From a virus: 64,000 nucleotides of DNA. The translations under genes were made by a program, and so were the position numbers. Below, piece by piece: positions 38,594 to 47,807 of this stretch (its first letter is position 1; each line of letters opens with the position of its first letter). The stretch is from positions 61,422 through 125,421 of IMG/VR virus record IMGVR_UViG_3300007609_000008; one strand, 5' to 3'. The notes below the pieces were generated by a model. The model searched no databases. It worked only from the letters and a program-made list of their open reading frames with translations, and was not told where the DNA came from.

Positions 38594-39085
38594 ATGACAG
38601 ATTTAAACGTTTCTTCGGACACCTCTGTAAAACAAGTGTCCGAAGAGATTACCCCTAAAAAGAAATATCTTAATCCTTATTGGTCTAATAAGGAAAATAG
38701 ACACCTCATCGTTACTATTGAGCAACCTGATGGCAATCATAACATTGCTTCTGTAATGGATCCTGACGGCACTAATCGTGACATGAAGGCAATCTTAGAA
38801 CAATACACAGAAGAAGAAATTGATAAAAATACTCAAGACGGATTAGATCGCCGTAATGAAAATATCAAACAACAAATGGAAAGGCGTGAGTCTCAGCAAG
38901 TTAGAGCTAAACAAGAAGCATTGTTTAATTGTAAACTTGAAGCGTTTGAAGTAGAAGGGATTAAAAATTCTAAAAACGCAGAACTAAAAAGAAAGATTCG
39001 TAAGTCTAAATCTATCATGGAAGTTCAAGCATACGCTACTATTTTGTTGATGAAGGAAATTGAGAATGGCGAAGAAACAAACTAA
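38594..39085 (+). CDS. hypothetical protein
   Basis: ORF with GGAG; helical C-terminus. Confidence 0.65.
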   Translation: MTDLNVSSDTSVKQVSEEITPKKKYLNPYWSNKENRHLIVTIEQPDGNHNIASVMDPDGTNRDMKAILEQYTEEEIDKNTQDGLDRRNENIKQQMERRESQQVRAKQEALFNCKLEAFEVEGIKNSKNAELKRKIRKSKSIMEVQAYATILLMKEIENGEETN

Positions 39086-39770
39086 AGGGTTTGTCATTGT
39101 TGCTTCTGTCAGGAAAGGTTTTTATCGTTATGCAAAAGTTCTTGCTGAATCTGTAAGAGATTTCTATCCAGAAGCTAATATCACTTTCTTCACACACGAA
39201 GAGTGGGTAGAGCCTGAAGACTACACTCTGTTCGATAACATCGTGACTGAAGGTATACCACGGCACATTCGTGCTAAGTTGTGGGCGCTCAACAAAACTC
39301 CATACGACATTACTTGCTATCTAGACGCTGACATGATGTGTGAGCACGAAGATATTGTAAATGTATGGGACGAGTTACCTGATGATCTAGATATTGTATT
39401 TACTAAGAATCGTCCCTACAATGCTAAACTGACTAAGTTAGCAGAAGGCGAAGAGATGACTTGTCACTGTGGATTTTTTATCTACAGAAAGAATGAAGCG
39501 ACAATGGATCTCATGGGTGCATGGTACACTGAGTATCTAGCACAGTGGGAACCAGACTATGACATGCAACATTATCCAGAAGATGCTCGTAAGTGGGACA
39601 CATTCACTATGTGGCGTCTACTGACTTACGGCGAAAAAGGTGTGAAGTGGGGATATATCAAAGAGCCTGATGCTCGTTGGAACTTTGTCAATGGATACCA
39701 CTTTGAAGAACTACAAGGAACCGATGTCGTTCTTTATCATCACACAATTCCTAAAGACAAGTTAGACTAG
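39060..39770 (+). CDS. GT-A nucleotide-diphospho-sugar transferase
   Basis: AKLWAL..TPYD.T.YLDAD (DxD), WDTF..W, RWN; likely start 39066. Confidence 0.85.
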   Translation: MRMAKKQTKGFVIVASVRKGFYRYAKVLAESVRDFYPEANITFFTHEEWVEPEDYTLFDNIVTEGIPRHIRAKLWALNKTPYDITCYLDADMMCEHEDIVNVWDELPDDLDIVFTKNRPYNAKLTKLAEGEEMTCHCGFFIYRKNEATMDLMGAWYTEYLAQWEPDYDMQHYPEDARKWDTFTMWRLLTYGEKGVKWGYIKEPDARWNFVNGYHFEELQGTDVVLYHHTIPKDKLD

Positions 39771-39781
39771 GAGTTTATATT

Positions 39782-40438
39782 ATGAAATGGATTAGTATTA
39801 ATAGTACTGAAATCTCAGAAATTTTAAACTCTTACAGCGATTGGTTCTTTGGGCAAGACTTATCTGATCTAGATAAAATTTCACATCACGAAGGAAGGCA
39901 TCAAGGATTTACTCTGCCTAAAGGATGTAGTCTAGAACATTTGCAGGAAATTATAGAGAAAGATGCTGAACACATCGGCTATCCTGAGAAGACTATTTCA
40001 GTAGACATTGCTTCAGAAGAAAGAGTTTCGTCTGAACACAAAAGCAAAGTACGAGAACTATCTACTAACCTTTGCTCACTTCTCGGTGCTAGAAATCAAG
40101 CAGTCAATGTGTACTATCCAGAAGGCGGATTCATGGGATGGCATAATAACTGGAATGCATCTGGTTATAATATTCTGTTTAGTTACTCTGAGAAGGGCAA
40201 TGGCTTCTTTAGATACTTAGATCCTGTGACTAAAAAAGTAGTCAACATGCAAGACAAGCCAGGTTGGACATGTAAGGTAGGTTACTTCGGAAGAGGAAGA
40301 GAGCCAGACAAAGTGTTTTATCACTGTGCAGGCTCTCATGAAAAAAGAATCTCTTTAGGCTTTGTCATACCTCACTTAGAAATGTGGCAAGATATGATTG
40401 AAGATATATCAGGCGAAGACGCTACTTCTTATCAGTAA
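39782..40438 (+). CDS. double-stranded beta-helix (2OG-oxygenase/cupin-like) protein
   Basis: YPEGGFMGWHNN ... YHCAGS..KRISLGF. Confidence 0.65.
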   Translation: MKWISINSTEISEILNSYSDWFFGQDLSDLDKISHHEGRHQGFTLPKGCSLEHLQEIIEKDAEHIGYPEKTISVDIASEERVSSEHKSKVRELSTNLCSLLGARNQAVNVYYPEGGFMGWHNNWNASGYNILFSYSEKGNGFFRYLDPVTKKVVNMQDKPGWTCKVGYFGRGREPDKVFYHCAGSHEKRISLGFVIPHLEMWQDMIEDISGEDATSYQ

Positions 40439-40715
40439 GCCTGCTTTTTAATTCTTTAATCAGCGATTCTTTAGATTCTATATTGTAATGCTTAATAAGT
40501 TTAAGAAACTTTGCTTCATCATTTGATTCTAAGTCTCTTATATGCTTTTTTACTAACTTTTGATTATATTTTTTTCTAGGAGCATTTAAAAACGAATCAG
40601 CTATTTCATGCTCTTTTGACACATTGAAATCAATACCATCTAAAGAACGATCTTTTGGCATTTTTCCTTTTATAAATTTTTGTTTGCCTGTATGAAAGTC
40701 TGCTATCTTTGTCAT
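40422..40715 (-). CDS. hypothetical basic protein
   Basis: ORF chained by overlap to upstream minus-strand genes. Confidence 0.6.
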   Translation of the reverse strand: MTKIADFHTGKQKFIKGKMPKDRSLDGIDFNVSKEHEIADSFLNAPRKKYNQKLVKKHIRDLESNDEAKFLKLIKHYNIESKESLIKELKSRLTDKK

Positions 40716-41407
40716 TACTTCTTTCCAATAGCCATAAATCTGTCAAAGAAAACTTTACCTTCCCAGTTATAATAAAACTGCTCTACTTTTCCTTCGTAGA
40801 GTGGTTTTGTTATACCAGTATTCTCTAAGTGTTCTTCGTTGTTAGACACACAGTTGATACCGTACATTTCTTGAATCACATTACTAGACTGTAAAGCAAA
40901 CAGACAGTCTGGATTTGCAGTTGTAAGTTCCTTGAGAGGATACATTTGCTCACACCCCAATGAAATAACAATGTCAGTATCAAGTGCATTGATATCATGA
41001 AACGCAAAAGGTATATCTAGATTCAAGTGATTGATATCCATGCCTTGATCTGTGTAGTGCTTGTTGAATACTTTAGACAGTTCTAATGCTTCTTTGTCAA
41101 TATCAATCAAGTCCATATGTTTAACTTTGATGTTCTCACAAATCAATGGCACAAGAGGAAAGCCTAGCCAAGAATTTAGAACAATAATATTGTATTCTTT
41201 GTCTGGGTCTAGTTGTTTTACTAACTCTTCCATCAACCAGACAGCAGCATCCATTGTATTTGGATTCATTGACTTTCTAAAATCATCGTGTTTGTGGGGC
41301 ATCTCATGCTCTATCTTATCTAGAGCTAAACCCCAGTATCTAAAGCTAGTCAGAAAATTCAAGTTTAACATCTTCAGGTCTCTCCATTGAATCAAATAAA
41401 CACACAA
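40715..41407 (-). CDS. class I SAM-dependent methyltransferase-like protein
   Basis: IIVLNSWLG (degenerate motif I), LIDID.EA, DIVISLGCEQM, ALQS.N; likely start 41371. Confidence 0.6.
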   Translation of the reverse strand: MCVYLIQWRDLKMLNLNFLTSFRYWGLALDKIEHEMPHKHDDFRKSMNPNTMDAAVWLMEELVKQLDPDKEYNIIVLNSWLGFPLVPLICENIKVKHMDLIDIDKEALELSKVFNKHYTDQGMDINHLNLDIPFAFHDINALDTDIVISLGCEQMYPLKELTTANPDCLFALQSSNVIQEMYGINCVSNNEEHLENTGITKPLYEGKVEQFYYNWEGKVFFDRFMAIGKK

Positions 41408-42050
41408 AGGGTGTTTTACGAATTAAGTTTTCTTCTGTGTCGCTAGGATACATGTAGCCATAATTATAACTGTACACCCATCCTTGCGGAAAATATTTTA
41501 TATGATCGTGATTGAATCTGTTGTAAAATAAATTGTCTAGTCCTCTATAATAAAAAAATATTTGACTAGGATAATCTCTTAACAGTTTCCAAAAACTTTT
41601 CATCTCTTCTGTATTGAGTACTTCATCGTTCCATCTCAATATGCTTGAATTTAAATCAGTATATTTGTTTGGAATATGTCTTGTATCTTTGTACATTTTT
41701 TCTAAATTATGCCAATGAGTGTGTACAAAAACAATTTTATCTTGACACGAATATTGTATAAATGCATCTAAGTTAGATTGTACGATGACATCTAAATCTA
41801 GAAATATTTTTTCACCTTTTTGTGTTACAACATTTTCGTCAAACAAGTAAAGTTTGTTCCACCACTTCTCATAGTAGTTATCTTCAGGGAATGCTATTGC
41901 TTCTATGTCTTTGTGTAAACCCTTAGGGTCTTCAGTCAAGCAATAGAATTTAAAATAACTAGTAGAATGTTTTTTACACTGTTGATAAATTTTATTGACA
42001 TGCTTACTAGAATATTTTGTTCCCCATTTAACAGTATAGATATGTATCAT
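41346..42050 (-). CDS. GT-A glycosyltransferase (KWGxKY family)
   Basis: TVKWGTKY, WWNKL.LF, FLDLDVI, NSSI.RW, YSY. Confidence 0.85.
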   Translation of the reverse strand: MIHIYTVKWGTKYSSKHVNKIYQQCKKHSTSYFKFYCLTEDPKGLHKDIEAIAFPEDNYYEKWWNKLYLFDENVVTQKGEKIFLDLDVIVQSNLDAFIQYSCQDKIVFVHTHWHNLEKMYKDTRHIPNKYTDLNSSILRWNDEVLNTEEMKSFWKLLRDYPSQIFFYYRGLDNLFYNRFNHDHIKYFPQGWVYSYNYGYMYPSDTEENLIRKTPFVCLFDSMERPEDVKLEFSD

Positions 42051-42871
42051 TGCCAGTGTGCCAATAGATCAGGATCTGCTAGATCATCTTGTTTTGTGCT
42101 GCCTCTGCTCTTGTCTTCGAAAGGCAACAAGTCAATATTGAATACACAGAGAATAGCACCTGGGCGATAAGTATCTACCCGCAAATCATCTTCGTCCCAA
42201 GATCGTCCTCTATTGTATGAGTAAGCCATCCAACTAGGAAAGTGTCCCCATAGAGGCGTGTTGCTAAACTCGCCCCATCTCCAACTGTGATAGTTGTCTG
42301 TACCGTCAGTGAATGTGAACCAAATTTGTTCTTGATGCTTGAGAACATCTTTCCAAATTACTTCACACTGATCATCACTCCACACTTGACAGCTACCATT
42401 CGTATAAGCACCGTGCGCTAGTTTGAACTGTCGAGTTTTCATTGGGCGAGGATCTTGCCAGTGACTACGAAGTTTAGTAGGACGGTCTAGATCATATGTA
42501 ATGATAGGACCCATATCGTTTTGAATGATAACATCTAAATCTAGAAAGACAAAGCGACCAGTAGGCTTATCTTCAGCAAAGTTATGAGTGTTGAAGACAA
42601 AAGTCTTAGGACGGTCCCAACAACGAGCCATACCATATTTAAAATTATCACCGCCAAACCAATACTTAGGATGAATGCTATCAATGTCAGGAAAGTCAAT
42701 CACTTTGATATCGTCATCTAAACCTTCAGGGTGCTCAGTATAACAATAAAAGTGAAAGTCAAACTTATCAGGATCAGTATGACGCTTCGCCATGTTCTTG
42801 AGTTTGTTTACAAAGTGAGGGCCGTACTTAGTTCCCCACTTACAACACACGTAATTTACTCGCATTTCCAT
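42047..42871 (-). CDS. GT-A glycosyltransferase (KWGxKY family)
   Basis: CCKWGTKY, WDRPKTF, FLDLDVII, NGSCQVW, YSYNRG. Confidence 0.85.
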   Translation of the reverse strand: MEMRVNYVCCKWGTKYGPHFVNKLKNMAKRHTDPDKFDFHFYCYTEHPEGLDDDIKVIDFPDIDSIHPKYWFGGDNFKYGMARCWDRPKTFVFNTHNFAEDKPTGRFVFLDLDVIIQNDMGPIITYDLDRPTKLRSHWQDPRPMKTRQFKLAHGAYTNGSCQVWSDDQCEVIWKDVLKHQEQIWFTFTDGTDNYHSWRWGEFSNTPLWGHFPSWMAYSYNRGRSWDEDDLRVDTYRPGAILCVFNIDLLPFEDKSRGSTKQDDLADPDLLAHWQ

Positions 42872-43626
42872 AACCTCAATAAATCTTCATCTTCAAGTTG
42901 CTCTAGCTTTATTTGACTTTTTGCTCTTGGGTCAGGCGTCAAATCAGTATTAAACACACAGAGTTTAGCGTCAGGACGATACGTTTTAGTTTCAATGTCA
43001 TCTGGAAAACTCATTCCTCTGTTGTAAGAATACACCCAATCGAAAGGAATATTTTTCCAGAAGTTTCTCTGTCGCCAATAATGATAGTTGTCAGAGCCTT
43101 TGTAGAAAGTTTTGAAGACTATCTCGTCTTCAAACAATACTTCATGATATATTTTTTCACACTGTTTTTCATTCCAACACATCATACTAGAGTTAAAAAA
43201 TGTGCCTCTAATATCAATAAACAACCTTTCGTGTATCTGTTTAGGATCTTGCCACTTAGAATGTACTATTCGTGGTCTTTCTGCCAGCTCATCAATGGCA
43301 TCTATATTGTTTTGAATGATAACATCTAGATCAAAGTAGCACCACTTGCCTTCGTATCCTAGCCATTGGTGTGAATTGAACACAAGAAACTTAGCACGAT
43401 CCCAGCAATAGTTTTCTTTGCCAAACCAATGATCTGGGTGAAGAACGCCGTCATCTGGAATAGGATGTGTATCACACTCTAGTCCTTCAGCGTCATCTGT
43501 GTAGCATGTGAATGTAAAAGGCTTCGTATAGTTCTTTTCAACCATACGATAGAGATTGTTCACATAGTCTGGAGTGTATTTGTCACCCCACTTGATGCAT
43601 ACAAAATTCATCATATTCTTTCTCAA
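42856..43626 (-). CDS. GT-A glycosyltransferase (KWGxKY family)
   Basis: CIKWGDKY, WDRAKF, YFDLDVII, NSSMM.W, YSYNRG; likely start 43614. Confidence 0.85.
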   Translation of the reverse strand: MRKNMMNFVCIKWGDKYTPDYVNNLYRMVEKNYTKPFTFTCYTDDAEGLECDTHPIPDDGVLHPDHWFGKENYCWDRAKFLVFNSHQWLGYEGKWCYFDLDVIIQNNIDAIDELAERPRIVHSKWQDPKQIHERLFIDIRGTFFNSSMMCWNEKQCEKIYHEVLFEDEIVFKTFYKGSDNYHYWRQRNFWKNIPFDWVYSYNRGMSFPDDIETKTYRPDAKLCVFNTDLTPDPRAKSQIKLEQLEDEDLLRLWKCE

Positions 43627-44230
43627 TGTCGGGAAAGTCAGCTTGCCCGTTTAATAATGCTATTGTTTTATCTGGCTGATATTTACCACCAGAAAATTTA
43701 AATGAGTATATCTCATCTTCTGGAAAGTGTTCGAAAGTAAAGTTCTCATGGTACAGAAATCTATCATCACCTGCGTATTTAACCATGTAGTAATCTTCGT
43801 TTTCTTTCCAGTAATTATATATATGTCTTGCATCTTCCCACAGCATCACACTAGAATTAAAGTTACTGAGATAGTTAAACGACCATCTAGCGTCTTTGTG
43901 ATAAGGAAAGTTTTTATCTTTCCAATAAGTATAGCAAATGACTGGTGTGTTGTCAAGATAATCCCACAAATGATCTATATCTTTTTGTATGCGAACATCT
44001 AGGTCTAGATACAGAATCTTGCCGTAAGTATGAAGTTTAAATAGTTTTATCTTTTCCCAGTGACCTTCTATCTCGTTGTCTAACGGCAATGTATAAATAT
44101 CTGGGTGAAGACCAGAAGCATCGTCTGTCACGCAAACATAGTTGTATCTACCTTGAGTAGTATGATAGATACGATTCACATCTTCTGCTGAGTACTTATC
44201 GCCGTATTTTAATAATAAAATTGTTTTCAT
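43583..44230 (-). CDS. GT-A glycosyltransferase (KWGxKY family)
   Basis: LLKYGDKY, WEKIKLF, YLDLDV, NSSVMLW, GDDRFL, YSF. Confidence 0.85.
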   Translation of the reverse strand: MKTILLLKYGDKYSAEDVNRIYHTTQGRYNYVCVTDDASGLHPDIYTLPLDNEIEGHWEKIKLFKLHTYGKILYLDLDVRIQKDIDHLWDYLDNTPVICYTYWKDKNFPYHKDARWSFNYLSNFNSSVMLWEDARHIYNYWKENEDYYMVKYAGDDRFLYHENFTFEHFPEDEIYSFKFSGGKYQPDKTIALLNGQADFPDIEKEYDEFCMHQVG

Positions 44231-44235
44231 AAAGA

Positions 44236-44253
44236 TATTTATTCTTATAAATA
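44236..44253. promoter_or_regulatory. divergent late promoters: AATAAATA (-, 44236-44243) and TATAAATA (+, 44246-44253)
   Basis: Between the inverted GT block and ORF 44278. Confidence 0.65.
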
Positions 44254-44277
44254 AAAGAGTAAATTAAGGATACATAT

Positions 44278-44604
44278 ATGGCTGGCATACAAAATTTAGT
44301 TATAGATCAAGGCACGAGTTTTGAGATAACTATTAACGTGACTTTGGATGATGGATCAGAGAAAGATCTAACTGATTATACAGTCTCATCACAGATTCGT
44401 AAAAGTTATTATACTAATACTTATACTGAATTTACAACTTCAAAAGTAGATCTGTTTGGTGAAATTACATTATCTTTGAATCCAACTCAAACCTCAGCAC
44501 TCAAAGCTGGTCGATATGTTTACGATGTTGAAATAGCGTCTGATGAAGAAACTGTTAGAATCATAGAAGGGATTGTAACAGTAACTCCGGAGGTAACTAG
44601 GTAA
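44278..44604 (+). CDS. virion structural protein (BppU-N-like Ig fold)
   Basis: NLVIDQGTSF, ITLSL...QTSALKAGRYVYDVEI, RI.EGIVTVTPEVTR. Confidence 0.72.
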   Translation: MAGIQNLVIDQGTSFEITINVTLDDGSEKDLTDYTVSSQIRKSYYTNTYTEFTTSKVDLFGEITLSLNPTQTSALKAGRYVYDVEIASDEETVRIIEGIVTVTPEVTR

Positions 44605-44831
44605 TGGCAATTAAAGTTTCGGTTCCATCTAGCAATCCAAGATTAGTTTCTACAGTTGCTACTGGATCTAAAAGAGTAACCAGCGCTAAAGTAGAGCAGT
44701 TGGCAAATGTTGACTCAACTACTTTGGAAGATGGTTATACACTAGTGTATGATGAAACGACAGGAAAGTGGGTAGCGCAAGCGCAAGAAACAATAGTTGA
44801 TATTGATTCTTTGGACGGTGGTACTTACTAA
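44604..44831 (+). CDS. small virion protein ending LDGGTY
   Basis: DGYTLVYDETTGKW motif; C-terminal DGGTY. Confidence 0.65.
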   Translation: MAIKVSVPSSNPRLVSTVATGSKRVTSAKVEQLANVDSTTLEDGYTLVYDETTGKWVAQAQETIVDIDSLDGGTY

Positions 44832-44884
44832 AAAAATTATATTATAACAAAAAAAACTATAGTTTGTAAAGGAGAAAAGCCAAT

Positions 44885-46636
44885 ATGGCAACTGTAATTC
44901 AGATTAAACGCTCGGCACTAGCAACGGCACCTACGACATCACAACTTGAACAGTCGGAAATGGCGTATGCACAAGACAAAGCTAATGACGGCGACAGTGC
45001 GATTCTATATATCGAATCCGTCAATAACGACAACTCAGCAGCTATTCACAAAGTTGGTGGTAAGTACTACACTGACCTCGTAGACGCTGCAACTTCATCT
45101 AAAACTAACAACGCTATTGTTAAGCGTGATGGTTCTGGTGCAATCTCTGCTGACGTAACGGGTGACCTCACTGGTAATGTTACAGGCGATGTGACTGGTG
45201 ACCTCACTGGTAACGCTGACACAGCAAGCGCATGGGCAACTGCTCGTACTATTACACTCGCTGGTGATCTTTCTGGTTCCGTAGAAATCGACGGTTCTGG
45301 CGATGTTACTCTTACTGGTAGTGTATCAGGCGCAGAAGCAACTTCACTAACTGGTGATGTGTTTGCAAACGACGGTACTTCTAAAATACTAGAAAATGGT
45401 ACTGACGGATCAGACGCTACTTTCACTGGTGCCGTAACTGGTGACGTAACTGGTAACGTAACAGGTGATGTGACTGGCGATCTTACTGGTAATGTTACTG
45501 GTGACGTAACTGGTGATGTGACTGGCAACGTAACAGGTGACGTAACTGGTAACGCTGACACTGCAACTGCTCTTGAAACTGCACGTACTATCGGTGGTGT
45601 TTCATTCGACGGTTCTGCAAACATCGATCTTCCTGGTGTAAACACTGCGGGTAACCAAGACACTTCAGGCAACGCTGCTACTGCATCTGCTCTTGAAACT
45701 GCTCGTGCAATCAGCACTTCAGGTGACGCAACTGGTACTGTAAACTTTGACGGTTCTGCTGATGCAGACATCGCTCTTACACTTGCAAACTCAGGCGTTT
45801 CTGCTGGTGACTACGGTTCAACTACTGCTGTTCCTGTAATCACTGTTGACGCAAAAGGTCGTGTTACTTCTGCAACAACTGCTGCAATCGCAACTTCATT
45901 TGACATCTCTGACGGTTCAAACAGCGACACTGTTGCTGGTGGCGAAACTCTTACTTTCTCTGGTACTACTAACGAGACTAATGTAACTGTTTCAGACAAC
46001 GAAGTAACTGTAGGTCTCGTAGACAACCCAACTATTGGTGGTAACCTAACTGTATCTGGTAACTTGACTGTTTCTGGTACTACTACTCAGGTTAATACTA
46101 CTAACATGGCTGTTGAAGATTCACTCGTAGCTTACGCTACTGGCAACTCTTCAGACGCAGTTGACATCGGTTTCTTCGGTAAGTTCAACGACGGCGCTGC
46201 TAAGACTACTGGTCTATTCCGTGATGCAAACGATGGCAAGTTCCATATGTTTGAATCAGAAGAAGACATTACTGGCAACACTATCGATAAGTCTGCAACT
46301 GGCTACACTGTTGCTACTTTGGTTGCTAACCTCGAAGGTAACGTAACTGGCGATCTTACTGGTGACGTAACTGGTGATGTCACTGGTAATGTTACAGGTA
46401 ACCTAACTGGCGATGTGACTGGTTCACTCTCAGGCGGTACTGTTTCAGGTCTATCTGCTGCAATCGCAGTCGCAGACGGTGGTACTGGCGCAGGCACATT
46501 CACTAGCAACGGTATCATCTTTGGTAACGGCACTGGTGCAATGCAAGTAACTGCTGCTGGTACAGAAGGTAAAGTACTGATTGCTGGTTCAGGTGGTACA
46601 CCTGAGTTCGCTGACCTCGATGGCGGTACATACTAA
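44885..46636 (+). CDS. tail fibre-like protein with VTG(D/N) repeats
   Basis: MATVIQIKRS..AP....L...E.AY N-terminus, GDVTGNVT repeats, ALETARTI modules, ends LDGGTY. Confidence 0.8.
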   Translation: MATVIQIKRSALATAPTTSQLEQSEMAYAQDKANDGDSAILYIESVNNDNSAAIHKVGGKYYTDLVDAATSSKTNNAIVKRDGSGAISADVTGDLTGNVTGDVTGDLTGNADTASAWATARTITLAGDLSGSVEIDGSGDVTLTGSVSGAEATSLTGDVFANDGTSKILENGTDGSDATFTGAVTGDVTGNVTGDVTGDLTGNVTGDVTGDVTGNVTGDVTGNADTATALETARTIGGVSFDGSANIDLPGVNTAGNQDTSGNAATASALETARAISTSGDATGTVNFDGSADADIALTLANSGVSAGDYGSTTAVPVITVDAKGRVTSATTAAIATSFDISDGSNSDTVAGGETLTFSGTTNETNVTVSDNEVTVGLVDNPTIGGNLTVSGNLTVSGTTTQVNTTNMAVEDSLVAYATGNSSDAVDIGFFGKFNDGAAKTTGLFRDANDGKFHMFESEEDITGNTIDKSATGYTVATLVANLEGNVTGDLTGDVTGDVTGNVTGNLTGDVTGSLSGGTVSGLSAAIAVADGGTGAGTFTSNGIIFGNGTGAMQVTAAGTEGKVLIAGSGGTPEFADLDGGTY

Positions 46637-46650
46637 ATAGTAGAAAGAGA

Positions 46651-46674
46651 GAGGGGAGTTCGCTCCCCTCTTTT
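46651..46674 (+). terminator. Rho-independent terminator (UUCG loop)
   Basis: GAGGGGAG-TTCG-CTCCCCTC-TTTT. Confidence 0.88.
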
Positions 46675-46701
46675 ACTTAACATATAACAGGTGATATTAT
46701 A

Positions 46702-47274
46702 ATGGAAAACGAAAACTTAGTTAATGCATACATTGCAAACCTTGCGAAGAGCGTAAATGATTTAACGCTTGAAAATCTTCTTTTAAAATCAAAGCAGCAA
46801 AATGCTGCTACAGAAACAAATGAGATTAGAGAACAAGTAAACAATCAAGCTCAAGATATTCAAGAGCTAAAGGACACTGAAGAAAAACTGAGAAATGAAA
46901 TTTTTGATTTGCAAAGAAAATCAAAAGATGACGCTGAATTCATTGAAAGATTAGAAGGCGGCATCGAACAAGCTAACCAAATTATAGCTCAGTTTGAAGA
47001 AGAGAAAGATGGAGCACTAGCTAAAGTAGCGAGACTCGAAAAAGAAGCTAAACAAGCAGTAGTTTCTGCACCATCTACAAGTAAATTAAAAGAAGAAAAA
47101 GATACATTATTTAAACAAAATGTTAAGTTGCTAAAAGATTTAGATTATGCCGAGAACAAAATTAAAGAGCTTAAAACTAAGCTCAGAGAAAAATCAAAAG
47201 AGGAATCGGTAAATGGCGACAATAATCAAACCGAAACGGTCGGAAGTAGCGGACTCGATACCGAGTTCAGGTGA
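46702..47274 (+). CDS. coiled-coil protein
   Basis: Long E/K-rich heptad pattern. Confidence 0.7.
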   Translation: MENENLVNAYIANLAKSVNDLTLENLLLKSKQQNAATETNEIREQVNNQAQDIQELKDTEEKLRNEIFDLQRKSKDDAEFIERLEGGIEQANQIIAQFEEEKDGALAKVARLEKEAKQAVVSAPSTSKLKEEKDTLFKQNVKLLKDLDYAENKIKELKTKLREKSKEESVNGDNNQTETVGSSGLDTEFR

Positions 47275-47566
47275 TCTGGCAGTCGGAGAAATTGCACTAA
47301 ACCCTACTGACAAAAAGATTTACACGAAGAAAGCAGATGGTACTGTTGTAGATATGAATCCTGGAGTAACTGCTTCAGACACAGATTCTACCCAAGCAGT
47401 TGAAAAGTTTACGTTTGCAGATACTAGTACTGGCAACATGTTTGTAGATTTTGATTCAGAGTCTGGAACAGCTATTGTTAAAGTATCTATTAATGCAGAC
47501 CAAGACTACGGCTCTATCACTCAGGAAGTCGGCGACTTCAATGCAATCGATTACGGGAGTCTCTAA
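47213..47566 (+). CDS. small virion protein with Mtd-N-like N-terminus
   Basis: IIKPKRSE...P...L.VGEIALN..DKKIY; ends IDYGSL. Confidence 0.7.
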   Translation: MATIIKPKRSEVADSIPSSGDLAVGEIALNPTDKKIYTKKADGTVVDMNPGVTASDTDSTQAVEKFTFADTSTGNMFVDFDSESGTAIVKVSINADQDYGSITQEVGDFNAIDYGSL

Positions 47567-47568
47567 CA

Positions 47569-47796
47569 ATGGCGAGTAGAATTAAGTTTAGAAGAGGCAC
47601 TACCACCGAACATGCAACTTTTACAGGTGCTGAAGGTGAGATTACTGTAAACACAACTAAAGATACTCTTGTGGTACATGACGGAGCTACTGCTGGTGGT
47701 TTTGAAATGATGAGAGCAGATTTAAACAACTTGGATAGTGGAACAGCTATTCCTGCGGCAAACATAACCGACATTGACTGCGGCACTTATAGCTAG
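47569..47796 (+). CDS. Mtd-N (major tropism determinant N-terminal)-like small protein
   Basis: RRGTTTEHATFTGAEGEITV.TTKDTLVVHDG.TAGG; ends IDCGTY. Confidence 0.8.
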   Translation: MASRIKFRRGTTTEHATFTGAEGEITVNTTKDTLVVHDGATAGGFEMMRADLNNLDSGTAIPAANITDIDCGTYS

Positions 47797-47807
47797 GAGA
47801 TTAAAAA

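Noticed and set aside
45067-45771. 234-aa minus-strand ORF with SPVT repeats; similar shadows at 7587-8030, 55391-55834 and 60502-61053
   Set aside because: Antisense shadows of repetitive or codon-biased genes; no SD, promoter or recognisable motifs.
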